DNA of 64,000 nucleotides. Origin: Candidatus Binataceae bacterium. Lineage in GTDB: Bacteria; Desulfobacterota; Binatia; Binatales; Binataceae. The position numbers and the translations under genes are program-made. Numbering within the stretch: the stretch's first letter is position 1; every line of letters begins with the position of its first letter. Below the pieces are notes generated by a model, which was not told where the DNA came from, did no database searches, and worked only from the letters and a program-made list of their open reading frames with translations. The stretch covers positions 1,658 through 65,657 of the forward strand of contig JBKQPD010000157.1 in assembly GCA_052145175.1 (NCBI GenBank), given 5' to 3'. Shown piece by piece: positions 36,479 through 46,076 of the stretch.

Positions 36479-36733
36479 ATGGCACTGAACATCAAACATC
36501 CTGAAGCCGACCGGCTCGCGCGGGAACTGGCCGAGAAAACTGGCGAAACAATCACGGAAGTAGTGATCGAAGCCCTTCGGGAGCGCCTTGCGCGGGAGGA
36601 GGGGCGTTTGGCTCCTCAGACTTTGGCCGAGGAGATCCTCGCGATCGGGCGGCGATGCGCCGCATTGCCGGAGCTCGATTCGCGAACGCCCGACGAGATT
36701 ATCGGTTACGACAAACACGGCGCGTTTGACTGA
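36479..36733 (+). CDS. vapB: VapB-type antitoxin
   Basis: [37 protein letters not shown] is the Rv0623-like/PSK-type antitoxin N-terminus. Lies immediately upstream of a PIN gene. Confidence 0.75.
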   Translation: MALNIKHPEADRLARELAEKTGETITEVVIEALRERLAREEGRLAPQTLAEEILAIGRRCAALPELDSRTPDEIIGYDKHGAFD

Positions 36734-36735
36734 CC

Positions 36736-37125
36736 GTGGTGATCGATACTTCGGCGTTGATCGCGATCCTGCTCGACGAGCCCGAAGCCGCGGCCTTTGC
36801 GAAGGCGATTAGTGCGGACTCCCGACGGCTGATATCCGCGGCTTCCGCACTGGAAACCGCGATAGTTATCGAGGCACGTCGGGGTCCCGCCGGGGGGCGG
36901 GAGCTGGATCTCCTGCTCCATCGCGCACGCATCGAGGTGGTGCCGTTTACGGCATCCCATTATGAGATTGCACGCGCGGCGTGGCGACGCTTTGGCCGCG
37001 GCAACCATCCGGCGCGCCTTAATTTCGGCGATTGCTGTGCCTACGCCTTGGCGCAGTCTTCGGGTGAAGCCCTTCTTTTCAAGGGAGACGATTTCGTCTT
37101 AACGGACGTCCGCACCGCCCACTAA
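36736..37125 (+). CDS. vapC: VapC PIN-domain ribonuclease toxin
   Basis: VIDTSALIAILLDEPE (first acidic residue), SAASALE, NFGDCCAYALA (PIN Asp). GTG start 2 nt after the vapB stop. Confidence 0.8.
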   Translation: MVIDTSALIAILLDEPEAAAFAKAISADSRRLISAASALETAIVIEARRGPAGGRELDLLLHRARIEVVPFTASHYEIARAAWRRFGRGNHPARLNFGDCCAYALAQSSGEALLFKGDDFVLTDVRTAH

Positions 37126-37244
37126 TCCACACTGACAGGCCCGCCGCGCACTGCTTGAGTCTCCGTCGGGTTAAGTCTAAGTCTGGGACCTGAGAACGCG
37201 ACGCGCCGGATTGGCTTAGCGACCGGCCGCAGGTGACCACGCAG

Positions 37245-38432
37245 ATGGACTTCAACTACAGCGCCGAGGATGAAGCTTTTCGCCGCGAGTTCCGCACCTG
37301 GCTTACGGCCAACGCCCCGCGCGAGGGGATGCAATCGCTGGCCGGCGGCTTCGAGCAGGACGAAGCCGACTGGAAGCGCAAGCTCGCCTGGTATCGCAAG
37401 CTCGCGAGCGGCGGCTGGACCTGCGTCGACTGGCCGCGCGAGTACGGGGGGCGAGGGCTCGGTATCCTCAAGACCGTCATCTATCACGAGGAGTTGCAGC
37501 GCGTTAACGCCCCCTTTCCGTTCATCGGTTCGGGTCCCTCGCTGGTGGGACCGACCCTGATGCAATGGGGCACGGCGGAACAGAAGCAACGCTTCGTCCC
37601 GAATATCATCAGCGGTGCGGAGGTCTGGTGTCAGGGCTATTCCGAACCCAACTCGGGCTCGGACCTCGCATCGCTGCAGACCCGCGCGGTGGAAGAAGGC
37701 GACTACTACGTAATCAACGGGCAGAAGATCTGGACCTCGCAGGCGCAATACGCCGACTGGGCATTCGTGCTCTGCCGGACCGATCCGACCGCCCCGAAGC
37801 ATCGCGGGATCAGCTACATCCTGGTCGACATGAAGACGCCCGGCATCACGGTGCGTCCGCTGGTGCAGATGAGCGGCACGAGCGGCTTCAACGAGGTCTT
37901 TTTCGACGACGTGCGCACGCCTAAAAAATTGCTGGTCGGCGAAAAGAACAACGGGTGGCAGGTCGCGATCGCGACCCTGATGTTCGAGCGGGGCGTGAGC
38001 GGCGGCGGTCAGCCCTTAGTCGCGGTCATCGACGAGCTGGTGAGCCTCGCGCAGCGGATCAAGCGCAACGGACATCCGGCGTGGGAGGACGCGAGCGTGC
38101 GGAATCGAATCGCGGAGTTCAAGTGCGAGGCCGAGGCGCTCAAGTACACGAACCTGCGCCAGTTGACGCGGCGGCTGAAAGGACTACCGCCGGGGGCGGA
38201 GGGCTCGATCATGAAGCTCTGCGCGACGGAGCTGAATATGCGGATCGAGCTGTTCGCGATGGAGCTGCTGGGACCGTGGAGCCAGCTCGAATTCATGTCG
38301 CCGCATGCGATCGACGAGGGCCGCTGGTCGTATCGGATGCTGAGTGCGCGTGGCGGCACGATCGCGGCGGGCACGAATCAGATTCAGCACAACATTATCG
38401 GCGAACGCGTCCTCGGCTTACCCAAGGGGTGA
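37245..38432 (+). CDS. Acyl-CoA dehydrogenase family protein
   Basis: WCQGYSEPNSGSDLASLQTRA, INGQKIWTS, C-terminal GGT..IQHNIIGERVLGLPKG. Paralogue of 43796-44995. ATG 37245 preferred over GTG 37233. Confidence 0.8.
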   Translation: MDFNYSAEDEAFRREFRTWLTANAPREGMQSLAGGFEQDEADWKRKLAWYRKLASGGWTCVDWPREYGGRGLGILKTVIYHEELQRVNAPFPFIGSGPSLVGPTLMQWGTAEQKQRFVPNIISGAEVWCQGYSEPNSGSDLASLQTRAVEEGDYYVINGQKIWTSQAQYADWAFVLCRTDPTAPKHRGISYILVDMKTPGITVRPLVQMSGTSGFNEVFFDDVRTPKKLLVGEKNNGWQVAIATLMFERGVSGGGQPLVAVIDELVSLAQRIKRNGHPAWEDASVRNRIAEFKCEAEALKYTNLRQLTRRLKGLPPGAEGSIMKLCATELNMRIELFAMELLGPWSQLEFMSPHAIDEGRWSYRMLSARGGTIAAGTNQIQHNIIGERVLGLPKG

Positions 38433-38439
38433 AGAGTGC

Positions 38440-39045
38440 GGATCCCCTTTGTCATTCTCGCGCGTCTGCCACTAGCGGAGCCGAAGGCGAAGCGAGCAGG
38501 CGAGTCCGCGAGCCGCGTCAAATATTTGTCTGGCGCGCGAGAGCCTGCCCTGAGTCCCTCGAAGGGAATCCCGGTTCCGGATGTCTAGTGCGCCGGGTAC
38601 CGCATAAGATACCGCTAGATTCTTCGCTTCGCAGACTCCGCTCAGAATGACAAAAGGGGCTTGTCATACAAAAAGGAGCAGGATCATGCTGAGCCGCGCT
38701 CACAAGTCATCCTGAGAGTTTGTGAAATTTTCGATTCGTGCAAGAGAGCCCTCAATTGTCATCCTGAGCCGGCGAGCAACGCGAGCCGTGTCGAAGGACC
38801 TTCGCGCAGCGGGTTCCTTGCCCTCTTACGTTTATGTCATGTCCAATCGTACGCATGTTTGTCTGTCGAGTTGACCAACTCGATCGCACCAGGCAGGTCG
38901 CTGCGCGCAGGTCCTTCGACACGGCTCGCGTTGCTCGCCGGCTCAGGATAACAAAAGGTATTTTTCAGTACAAAAAGTAGCAATGTCATTCCGAGCCCTT
39001 CGTCGCTCGCGCTCCTCAGGGCCAGGCTCCGTCTCCGGGATCGAA
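38440..39045. repeat. Composite intergenic repeat array built from at least three dispersed repeat modules
   Basis: Contents: a GTCATTCT..CTAGCGGAG..GAGTCCGCGAGCCGCG module (38445-38527); an inverted copy of the 25241-25333 repeat (38612-38706); 40-bp perfect inverted repeats (38761-38800 / 38910-38949); a further GTCATTCCGAGC module (38968-39045). Confidence 0.8.
38827..38874 (+). pseudogene. Possible remnant of a GIY-YIG nuclease gene N-terminus
   Basis: Translates (L)PSYVYVMSNRTHVCLSS*, resembling the YVYI(L/M)(A/S)(N/S)R start of small GIY-YIG (COG2827-type) proteins. It is truncated after about 16 codons and enclosed by the 40-bp inverted repeats. Confidence 0.3.
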
Positions 39046-39110
39046 GAGTACCCGCCAGCCGACGACTTATTAATTAACTTAATCAATGGGCAGCGCACTA
39101 AATAATGCTT

Positions 39111-40646
39111 TCACCTGATGCGGTTAATATCGCCGGGGTTGATCAAATCCGGGGCGAGCCAGCCGTCGAGGTCATACTCGGCCATGAAGCCGTCGACGAA
39201 TTTGCGCAACCGGTCCGCGTCGCCTGTCGCGATCGCGGTCGGCAGATTCTCGAGCCGGATATTCTCGTAATTGCCCGCGTAGTTGCGCTCGTAGAGCTCG
39301 TGACGGCCGCCGAATTCCGTGCCGACCGCGTCCCACAGGATTTTGAGCAGCTTGACCCGTTCGAGGGCGTCGTAGCCATTTGAGCCACGCAGGTATTTAT
39401 CCAGGTACGGGCGCAGTTCCGGAGTCTTGAAATCGATCGCGTGCGAATTGAGGTAAATGAGCCCGCTCGAAATCGTCTGCTCGGCGATCTCCTTGACCCG
39501 CGGATAGGCGATCGTCGCGAGAAAGCGGTACGCCATCCCGTAGTTCATATTCGGCTGGACGGCGCCGTTGACCCACTGCTCCGGCGACTTGACCATCGCG
39601 TCGGATATCGCCCAAAAGATATTGCGCCAGGCGAGCACCTCGCCGACCTGTACCTGTCCCGCCCGCATCTCGCTGACGCCAATCGCGTCGGCCGCCTTGA
39701 GCATCAGGCCGGCCAGAAAATCGAGCTTGACGGCGAGCCGCGTGCATCCGTGCAGTGTGAAGCGCGGAATGAAGCCGGAGCGCGGAAAAAAGGTGTTGGC
39801 CTTTTCGAGGTCGCGATACGCGAACAGGTTTTCCCAGGGCACCAGCACCTTGTCCATGATAAAGATGGCGTCGTTCTCGTCGACCCGCGAAGACAGCGGG
39901 TAGTCGAACGGACTACCCATCGTCGCCGCCGTCATCTCGTAAGAAGCGCGGCAGATCAGCTTCACGCCGGGACTATCCATCGGGATCATGGCGAACAACG
40001 CCATCTCGGGCCGGCCGAGCGGGGTCGGACCGTAAAAGCCGATGAAGTTATGATGAGTGAGCGCGGAGCCGGTCGCGACCACCTTGGCGCCGCTGACGAT
40101 CACCCCGGCGTCGGTCTCCTTCTCGACGTGAACGTAGACGTCCATCACGTCGCCGGGCGGCCGTCCCTTGTCGACGGGCGGGTTGATGATCGCATGATTC
40201 AGGAAAAGGCAGCGCTCCTGAACTTTGCGATACCAGTTCAAGGCGTTTTGCTGATAGGGCGCGTAGAACTCCGGGTTGGCGCCGAGCGTGCCGGTCAGAC
40301 TCGCCTTGTAATCGGGCGAACGGCCCATCCAGCCGTAGGAGATTCGCGCCCACTCCGCGATCGCGTCACGCCCGGCGACGAGCTCGTCACCGCTCCTTGG
40401 TACTTTGAAGAACTTGTGGGTAAAGCCGCCATTGCCCGTATCGGTCGGCGTGGTCAGCACGGCCTGACGGGCCGGATCGTGCAACGCGTCGTACATCCGC
40501 GCGATCATCCGCGCCGAGTTGCGAAAGGCCGGATGGACCGTCACGTCTTTGACGCGCTGGCCGTAGATCCAGACTTCGCGCCCGTCGCGGATACTCGCGA
40601 GGAACTCGGCGCCGGTGAAGGGTCGATCGGTCGAGGGTTGATTCAT
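39111..40646 (-). CDS. 4-hydroxyphenylacetate 3-monooxygenase oxygenase-component family (HpaB-like) flavin-dependent monooxygenase
   Basis: 511 aa. N-terminal [34 protein letters not shown] and the overall HpaB_N/HpaB_C pattern. Substrate unknown. Confidence 0.7.
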   Translation of the reverse strand: MNQPSTDRPFTGAEFLASIRDGREVWIYGQRVKDVTVHPAFRNSARMIARMYDALHDPARQAVLTTPTDTGNGGFTHKFFKVPRSGDELVAGRDAIAEWARISYGWMGRSPDYKASLTGTLGANPEFYAPYQQNALNWYRKVQERCLFLNHAIINPPVDKGRPPGDVMDVYVHVEKETDAGVIVSGAKVVATGSALTHHNFIGFYGPTPLGRPEMALFAMIPMDSPGVKLICRASYEMTAATMGSPFDYPLSSRVDENDAIFIMDKVLVPWENLFAYRDLEKANTFFPRSGFIPRFTLHGCTRLAVKLDFLAGLMLKAADAIGVSEMRAGQVQVGEVLAWRNIFWAISDAMVKSPEQWVNGAVQPNMNYGMAYRFLATIAYPRVKEIAEQTISSGLIYLNSHAIDFKTPELRPYLDKYLRGSNGYDALERVKLLKILWDAVGTEFGGRHELYERNYAGNYENIRLENLPTAIATGDADRLRKFVDGFMAEYDLDGWLAPDLINPGDINRIR

Positions 40647-41680
40647 CCGGCATCTCGCTTTGCGCGCGGAAGGGTCCGCGCCCGGGTGGGGCTGACGCTC
40701 TCCCCTCTGGTCATCGATCGTTGGGGTGGACGCAACTCGCGGACGCCGCGTCCAAGGCGGCGGCGCAGCAGTACGCGCAAGGTGACACCGTCCGCATAGC
40801 CGACGCTGGACGCGATCTGGTCCACGGTCTCATCGCTCGTTTTCAACAGATGCACCGCGCGTTCGACGCGTAAATCCTGGAAGTACGACAGCGGGGACTT
40901 GCCTAAGACCTTGTGCATGCGGCGCGTCAGCGTACGTGTGCTCGTTCGCGTGGCCCGCGCGGCTTCCTCCAGGGAGAAACCCTTCGCCAGCCGCTCACGG
41001 GCCCAACGCTCGAAACGCTCGACCGCGGGATCGGCATGGGCCAGATGACTCGGGATCATATACGCCGCCTGCGATGGACGAATATCGACGACAAGGTACT
41101 TCGCCGTCAAGGCGGCGAGATCCGGACTGGCCTGCCGAATTATCCACAACGCGAGATCAAGGTGACTGAGCGCCGCGCCGGCGGTCACGAATCGACCGGA
41201 GGGTACGAGGATGCGCGATTCATCCAGGCGGACCTTCGGATACCGTTGACGAAACAGCGGCGCCAGCCACCAGGTCGTGGTCGCTTCATGGCCGTCCAGC
41301 AACGTCGCCTCGGCGAGCACGAAGGTACCAATACAAGCGGCCGCGATCAGGGCACCCTGGTTCGCCCAGCGCCGCAGGGTCGCCCCGGCGTCACTCACGT
41401 CGGGCCGCGCCAAGGCGGCCAGTAAAGGTTCGGGCATCTTGTAACCGAGTGCCGGCACGACGACCAGGTCCGGCGTCGCCCGATCAGTAGCCGGGTCAAC
41501 CGGCACACTCATCCGGTGAGCGGTATGCACGGTCTCGCGGACAGCAACGGTACTGACTTCAAAGCGACTCGCGGTGACGCCGAAGAGTTCGGCCAGTTCG
41601 TTGGCAGTGCCCAAGGTGTCGAGCACGATCGCCAGACCGGTGTCGAATACGCCCTCGAGGGCTAGAACATTGACTTTCAT
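40643..41680 (-). CDS. GlxA-family transcriptional regulator (DJ-1/PfpI-like domain plus AraC HTH)
   Basis: N-terminal DJ-1-like domain (VVVPALGY.., [12 protein letters not shown]) and C-terminal AraC-type HTH ([34 protein letters not shown]). 4-nt overlap with the HpaB-like gene. Confidence 0.75.
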   Translation of the reverse strand: MKVNVLALEGVFDTGLAIVLDTLGTANELAELFGVTASRFEVSTVAVRETVHTAHRMSVPVDPATDRATPDLVVVPALGYKMPEPLLAALARPDVSDAGATLRRWANQGALIAAACIGTFVLAEATLLDGHEATTTWWLAPLFRQRYPKVRLDESRILVPSGRFVTAGAALSHLDLALWIIRQASPDLAALTAKYLVVDIRPSQAAYMIPSHLAHADPAVERFERWARERLAKGFSLEEAARATRTSTRTLTRRMHKVLGKSPLSYFQDLRVERAVHLLKTSDETVDQIASSVGYADGVTLRVLLRRRLGRGVRELRPPQRSMTRGESVSPTRARTLPRAKRDAG

Positions 41681-41788
41681 GGCGAGAATAATACCGAAAT
41701 TGTCAATATCGCCAATAGACGATCCCGTCGGGCAAGCTTATTTTGATGTCCGAAGAACGAAAAACCGTTCTACGAGGAGAACCAAGCA

Positions 41789-42430
41789 ATGAAGTTGTAC
41801 GGCATAGATCTCAGTAACTTCGCGTCAAAGTGCCGGATCGTGATCTACGAGAAGGGGTTGAGCATCGAGAAGGTCAACCCTCCGGGCGGGATGGGCTCGG
41901 CGGAATACAAGGCGGTGAACCCGCTGGGCAAGATTCCGGCGCTCCAGCTGGACAACGGACAGGTGATCGCGGAATCCGAGGTTATCAACGAATACCTCGA
42001 AGACAAGTTTCCCGAAAAGCCACTACTGCCAAAAGATGCGGAGAGTCGCGCCAAGGTCCGGTCGTTCAGCCGCTTCCATGATCTGTATCTGGATCCGCCG
42101 TTGCGCGCGCTGTTGCCGCAGGTCTTTGGCAAGAAGCTCGACGACACGTTTGTGCACGACAGGCTGGCGGAGATTAGTGGACGCCTGGATCAGCTGGAAG
42201 GGATGATCGGCCGTCCATGGGCGGCGGGGGACGCGTTTACCATGGCGGACGCGGCATTGACGCCGACGATCTTCCTGATGACCAACCTTCTGCCGCTGTT
42301 TGGCGCCAAAAGCCCTCAGGAAAATCGGCCCAGATTGACCGCCTGGTGGGCGCAGGTACAAGAACGCCCCTCGACCAAAAAGACGCTCGGTGAGCAGCAG
42401 GCCGCGATGGCCGCATTGATGAAGAAGTAG
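41789..42430 (+). CDS. Glutathione S-transferase
   Basis: MKLYG..S.F..KCRIV..EKGL, NPLGKIPAL, ESEVINEYLEDKFPE (thioredoxin-like N-domain) plus a helical C-domain. Confidence 0.75.
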   Translation: MKLYGIDLSNFASKCRIVIYEKGLSIEKVNPPGGMGSAEYKAVNPLGKIPALQLDNGQVIAESEVINEYLEDKFPEKPLLPKDAESRAKVRSFSRFHDLYLDPPLRALLPQVFGKKLDDTFVHDRLAEISGRLDQLEGMIGRPWAAGDAFTMADAALTPTIFLMTNLLPLFGAKSPQENRPRLTAWWAQVQERPSTKKTLGEQQAAMAALMKK

Positions 42431-42508
42431 GCACGCCTCGTGCGCGGGGCGAAATATTCGCTCCGCGCACGAGCGAGTCCTGAAGTCGCTTTCGCATACG
42501 AGATCGCC

Positions 42509-42895
42509 ATGCCTGTTCACGTTGTGCAGCTCGGAAGTCCGCGTCTTCCCGGGGAGGGATTACGCATCGGCACGGTGCGGCGGCCGCCCCGCGGCGTGCC
42601 CAAGACCGCGTTCGCTTCGCGCAACTACTACGACGTCTGGCTGCCCGCGCTCGCGCCGAGCGAGGAGTTGCGCAAGTTCGGAGTAGCGGCCAAGAGCGAA
42701 AAAGACTGGCGCACTTTCGTCCGACGCTACCGGACTGAAATGAATCAGCCGGAGAAGCGCTGCCTGCTTGACCTGCTGGCGGCGCTATCGCGCCAGACGA
42801 GCTTTGCGGTCGGATGCTATTGCGCCGACGAGCATCGCTGCCATCGCTCCATCCTGCGCGAGCTCCTTGCCGAGCGTGACGCAGTCTTCGGCTGA
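42509..42895 (+). CDS. DUF488-family protein
   Basis: LRIGTVRRPPRGVPK...YDVWLPALAPSEEL..F..RY..EM...LL.L......ALGCYCADEHRCHRSIL fits DUF488. Start at ATG 42509. Confidence 0.7.
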   Translation: MPVHVVQLGSPRLPGEGLRIGTVRRPPRGVPKTAFASRNYYDVWLPALAPSEELRKFGVAAKSEKDWRTFVRRYRTEMNQPEKRCLLDLLAALSRQTSFAVGCYCADEHRCHRSILRELLAERDAVFG

Positions 42896-42920
42896 TGAAC
42901 GAAATGACGAGGAGAATACG

Positions 42921-43673
42921 ATGGCGGAACGAGTGCGGATCATTGGCAGTTATCTGTCACCCTATGTTCGCAAAGTCCTGGTGGTTCTCGATCTGAAGGA
43001 CATTCCTTACGAAATCGACCCCATTGTCCCGTTCTTCGGCAACGATCATTTCTCGCAAATCAGCCCTGTGCGGCGTATTCCCGTACTTCTCGATGATCAG
43101 ATCACGCTGGCCGACTCGACGGTCATTTGCCAATACCTGGAAGACCGCTATCCGGAGCCGACGCTCTATCCCGCCAAAATCGTTGACCGCGCCCGCGCCC
43201 GCTGGCTCGAAGAGTACGCCGATTCGCGCATGGGCGAGGTGTTCATCTGGCGACTGTTCAACCAGGTCGCGATCAAGCCGAGCGTGTGGGGCGAAAAAAA
43301 GGATACGGCAGTGGTCGAAAAAACTCTCCGGGAAGATGTGCCGCAAGTGCTCGACTATCTGGAGACGGAAGTTCCAACTCAAGGTTTCATCTTCGGCAAT
43401 GTCTCCATTGCTGACATCAGTATCGCCTGCTTCTTCCGGAATGCGGCATTCGCGAGGTTCGAGGTCGATGCTGCGCGATGGCCGCGCACGGCGGCGTTTG
43501 TCGACCGGGTATTGAAGCTGGACAGTTTCGCGAAACTCAGACCGATCGAGGAGCGGTTGCGACGCACGCCGCTCGCCCAGCATCGGGCGGTCCTGACGGC
43601 GGCCGGCCTGCCGGTGACGCCGGTCACCTGCGGAACGACGGAGCCGCGCCGCGGTGTCATGAACATCGATTAA
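42921..43673 (+). CDS. Glutathione S-transferase family protein
   Basis: IIGSYLSPYVRKVLVVLDLKDIPYEIDP, RRIPVLLDD, ADSTVICQYLEDRYPEP. Start at ATG 42921. Confidence 0.7.
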   Translation: MAERVRIIGSYLSPYVRKVLVVLDLKDIPYEIDPIVPFFGNDHFSQISPVRRIPVLLDDQITLADSTVICQYLEDRYPEPTLYPAKIVDRARARWLEEYADSRMGEVFIWRLFNQVAIKPSVWGEKKDTAVVEKTLREDVPQVLDYLETEVPTQGFIFGNVSIADISIACFFRNAAFARFEVDAARWPRTAAFVDRVLKLDSFAKLRPIEERLRRTPLAQHRAVLTAAGLPVTPVTCGTTEPRRGVMNID

Positions 43674-43795
43674 CCCGCCACCACTTTCGCAACGGCGCTC
43701 CATTGATCCTGCTTAACTGCTCGGCGGCCGATGTGATTACATTACGATAGCGGGTACCCGCCAATTATGGGTGGGACTCGATCAGGGGAGAAGCG

Positions 43796-44995
43796 ATGGA
43801 CTTCAAATACAGTGAGGAAGCCGAGGCCTTTCGCGCGGAGTTCCGTGCATGGCTCGAGGCCAACCCGGCCGGCCACGACAGTGCCGACAATCTGGTCGGC
43901 GAGTTCATGGACGCGGGCAGCGCGGGCTGGCAGCGCCATCTCGCGTGGCATCGCAAGATGCACAGTGGCGGCTGGGTCGGGATCACATGGCCCAAGGCCT
44001 ACGGCGGGCGCGGGGCCAAACTCGAACAGAGTATCGTGTTCGGCGAGGAACTGGCCCGGGTCAAGGCGCCGACGCTGGTCAACGGTCTGGGGATCGCGCT
44101 GGTCGGGCCCACCCTGATGCATTGGGCGACCGAGGAGCAGAAGAAGCGTTATTTGCCGAAGATTCTCTCAGCGGAAGAGATCTGGTGTCAGGGCTATTCG
44201 GAGCCGAATGCCGGTTCGGATGTCGCCGCCTTGCAGACCCGGGCGGTCGAGGATGGCGACGACTTTATTGTCAACGGCCAGAAGGTCTGGACCTCCGGGG
44301 CGCATCAGGCCGACTTGTGTATCCTGCTCGCACGCACGGACCCAGCCGCCCCCAAGCATAAGGGGATCAGCTACCTGCTGGTGGATATGCATACGCCCGG
44401 CGTGACGGTTAAGCCCTTGGTGCAGATCACCGGCGATCGCGGCTTCAACGAAGTCTTCTTCGAAGATGTTCGCGTGCCCAGGAAGAATCTGGTTGGCGAG
44501 AAGAACCAGGGATGGCAGGTGGCGGTGACCACGCTCGCCTTCGAACGCAGCAGTATCGGGTCGGGGTCGGCGCGCGACACGCTCACGGCGGTGCGCGAGC
44601 TCGCGGCCCTGGCGCGACAGATTCCGCGCAACGGTGGGACGGCATGGGACGACGCGAGCGTCCGCCAGCAGATCGCGAGCTTCGCCTGCCAGGCGGCGGC
44701 GTTGCGTTACACCAATCTGCGCCAGTTGACCCGCCGCCTGAAGGGGCTGCCGCCGGGGCCGGAGGGTTCGGGCGCGAAGCTGGTCGTGAGCGACCTGATT
44801 CTGGGTACCGCCAAGTTCGCGATGGAGTTGCTGGGTCCCTTCAGCCAGTTCGAGCAGGACGCGCCCTTCGCCCTCGATGGGGGCAAGTGGAGCTACCGGA
44901 TGCTCGGATCGCGGATGATGACGATCGCAGGCGGTACCAGCGAAATCCAGCGCAATATAATTGGCGAGCGCGTGCTGGGATTGCCCAAAGGATAG
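43796..44995 (+). CDS. Acyl-CoA dehydrogenase family protein (paralogue of 37245-38432)
   Basis: Collinear with the first copy from MDFKYSEEAEAFRAEF to IQRNIIGERVLGLPKG, with the same WCQGYSEPNAGSDVAALQTRA motif. Confidence 0.8.
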   Translation: MDFKYSEEAEAFRAEFRAWLEANPAGHDSADNLVGEFMDAGSAGWQRHLAWHRKMHSGGWVGITWPKAYGGRGAKLEQSIVFGEELARVKAPTLVNGLGIALVGPTLMHWATEEQKKRYLPKILSAEEIWCQGYSEPNAGSDVAALQTRAVEDGDDFIVNGQKVWTSGAHQADLCILLARTDPAAPKHKGISYLLVDMHTPGVTVKPLVQITGDRGFNEVFFEDVRVPRKNLVGEKNQGWQVAVTTLAFERSSIGSGSARDTLTAVRELAALARQIPRNGGTAWDDASVRQQIASFACQAAALRYTNLRQLTRRLKGLPPGPEGSGAKLVVSDLILGTAKFAMELLGPFSQFEQDAPFALDGGKWSYRMLGSRMMTIAGGTSEIQRNIIGERVLGLPKG

Positions 44996-45188
44996 GCGCA
45001 TTCGGATAGCCGATCCGGGGTCCCGAATCGATGCGGGCCCTGTTTTCATCGTGGCGAATCGATTAGCTGAATAAATTCGCGATCGCCGCCGTCGAATAAA
45101 TCAAGAACGGTAGCTTCCCCTGCCGTTCTAACGGCTGCCATCCTCCCTGGCAGTCGGAAAGGCTGTTCGTGCCAGACGGGCAGCCTCC

Positions 45189-45243
45189 CGGCGGGTGCTG
45201 GTCAAGCCTTTCCCCCCTTGATCAAACGCCCGCCGCTTTTTTT
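45189..45243 (+). terminator. Rho-independent terminator
   Basis: Stem cggcggg..tggtcaag / loop cctttcccc / cttgatca..cccgccg, followed directly by c-ttttttt (T-run 45237-45243). Confidence 0.65.
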
Positions 45244-45340
45244 CCATCCGCTGAAACCGGCGCCGTCGATCGACGTATAAGGGTTGCGCGAGGGGCGCTG
45301 CTTGACACCGCGACTCCGCGTCGGCATCGTGCAAGGCTCA

Positions 45341-45946
45341 ATGGTTTGGTTGCGCAGGTCTTTGGTGCTCGTCCCCGTCGTCGCTTTTCTTTCGGCGGCG
45401 CTGCTCTTGAGCTGTGGCGGTGGCAGCAGCAGCACGACCCCTACGGGGCAGCCATTCTCGCTGATGAGCGTCGCGATCTGCCCCGGGCCGCCTCCGACCG
45501 CGAGACCGACGCCATCGCCGACCAAGGGCGCCTCACCAACCGCCACGCCGACCCCGCAATGTACGCCAACCGCGGAAGCTTCGATTGCCGGCTTGAGCGC
45601 TCCTGATAACACGGTTCAATTCAACGTGCAGGGCACCTACCAGACCAGCCCAAGCAGCAAAAAGAAGCTCTACTTTGATGATACCAGCGACCTGTCATTG
45701 CGCTGGAATTCTCAGCCGGCCGGGCTCGCCACCAGCGGCGTTGTGCCCGGTGAGTTCGTCGGGGTGGCGCCCGGCTGCGTCTGCCTGACCGCGGAAATCG
45801 CGCCGGCGATTAGTTGCCCGGTCAGCGTGTCGATTGCGACCACTGGATGTACGCCGTGTCCGACGCCTTCGCCTTTCAACCTCTGTCCGGGACCAACGCC
45901 GACTGTGACCCCGTCGAAGACGCCGAAAGCGACGCCATCGCCGTAG
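45341..45946 (+). CDS. Lipoprotein with P/T-rich linkers and a bacterial Ig-like (Big_2-like) domain
   Basis: MVWLRRSLVLVPVVAFLSAALLLSCGG lipobox, PTPSPT-type low-complexity segments on both sides of a ~90-aa beta-rich domain. Confidence 0.55.
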   Translation: MVWLRRSLVLVPVVAFLSAALLLSCGGGSSSTTPTGQPFSLMSVAICPGPPPTARPTPSPTKGASPTATPTPQCTPTAEASIAGLSAPDNTVQFNVQGTYQTSPSSKKKLYFDDTSDLSLRWNSQPAGLATSGVVPGEFVGVAPGCVCLTAEIAPAISCPVSVSIATTGCTPCPTPSPFNLCPGPTPTVTPSKTPKATPSP

Positions 45947-45990
45947 CGCACCGCCGGCCAAGATTGCGACTTCGATTTTTGCGTTTTGCC

Positions 45991-46009
45991 TGTTAACAAA
46001 CGGTTCACA
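45991..46009. promoter_or_regulatory. Imperfect palindrome, candidate TetR operator
   Basis: TGTTAAC-aaacg-GTTCACA (6 of 7 positions symmetric), 68 nt upstream of the TetR gene that heads the lipid operon. Confidence 0.3.
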
Positions 46010-46076
46010 CGGCTGCGCTGGCGATTTGACTCCCGGCGCTCCTGATCAATAGGCTGGCGAGTCGGGACCGGGGGGA

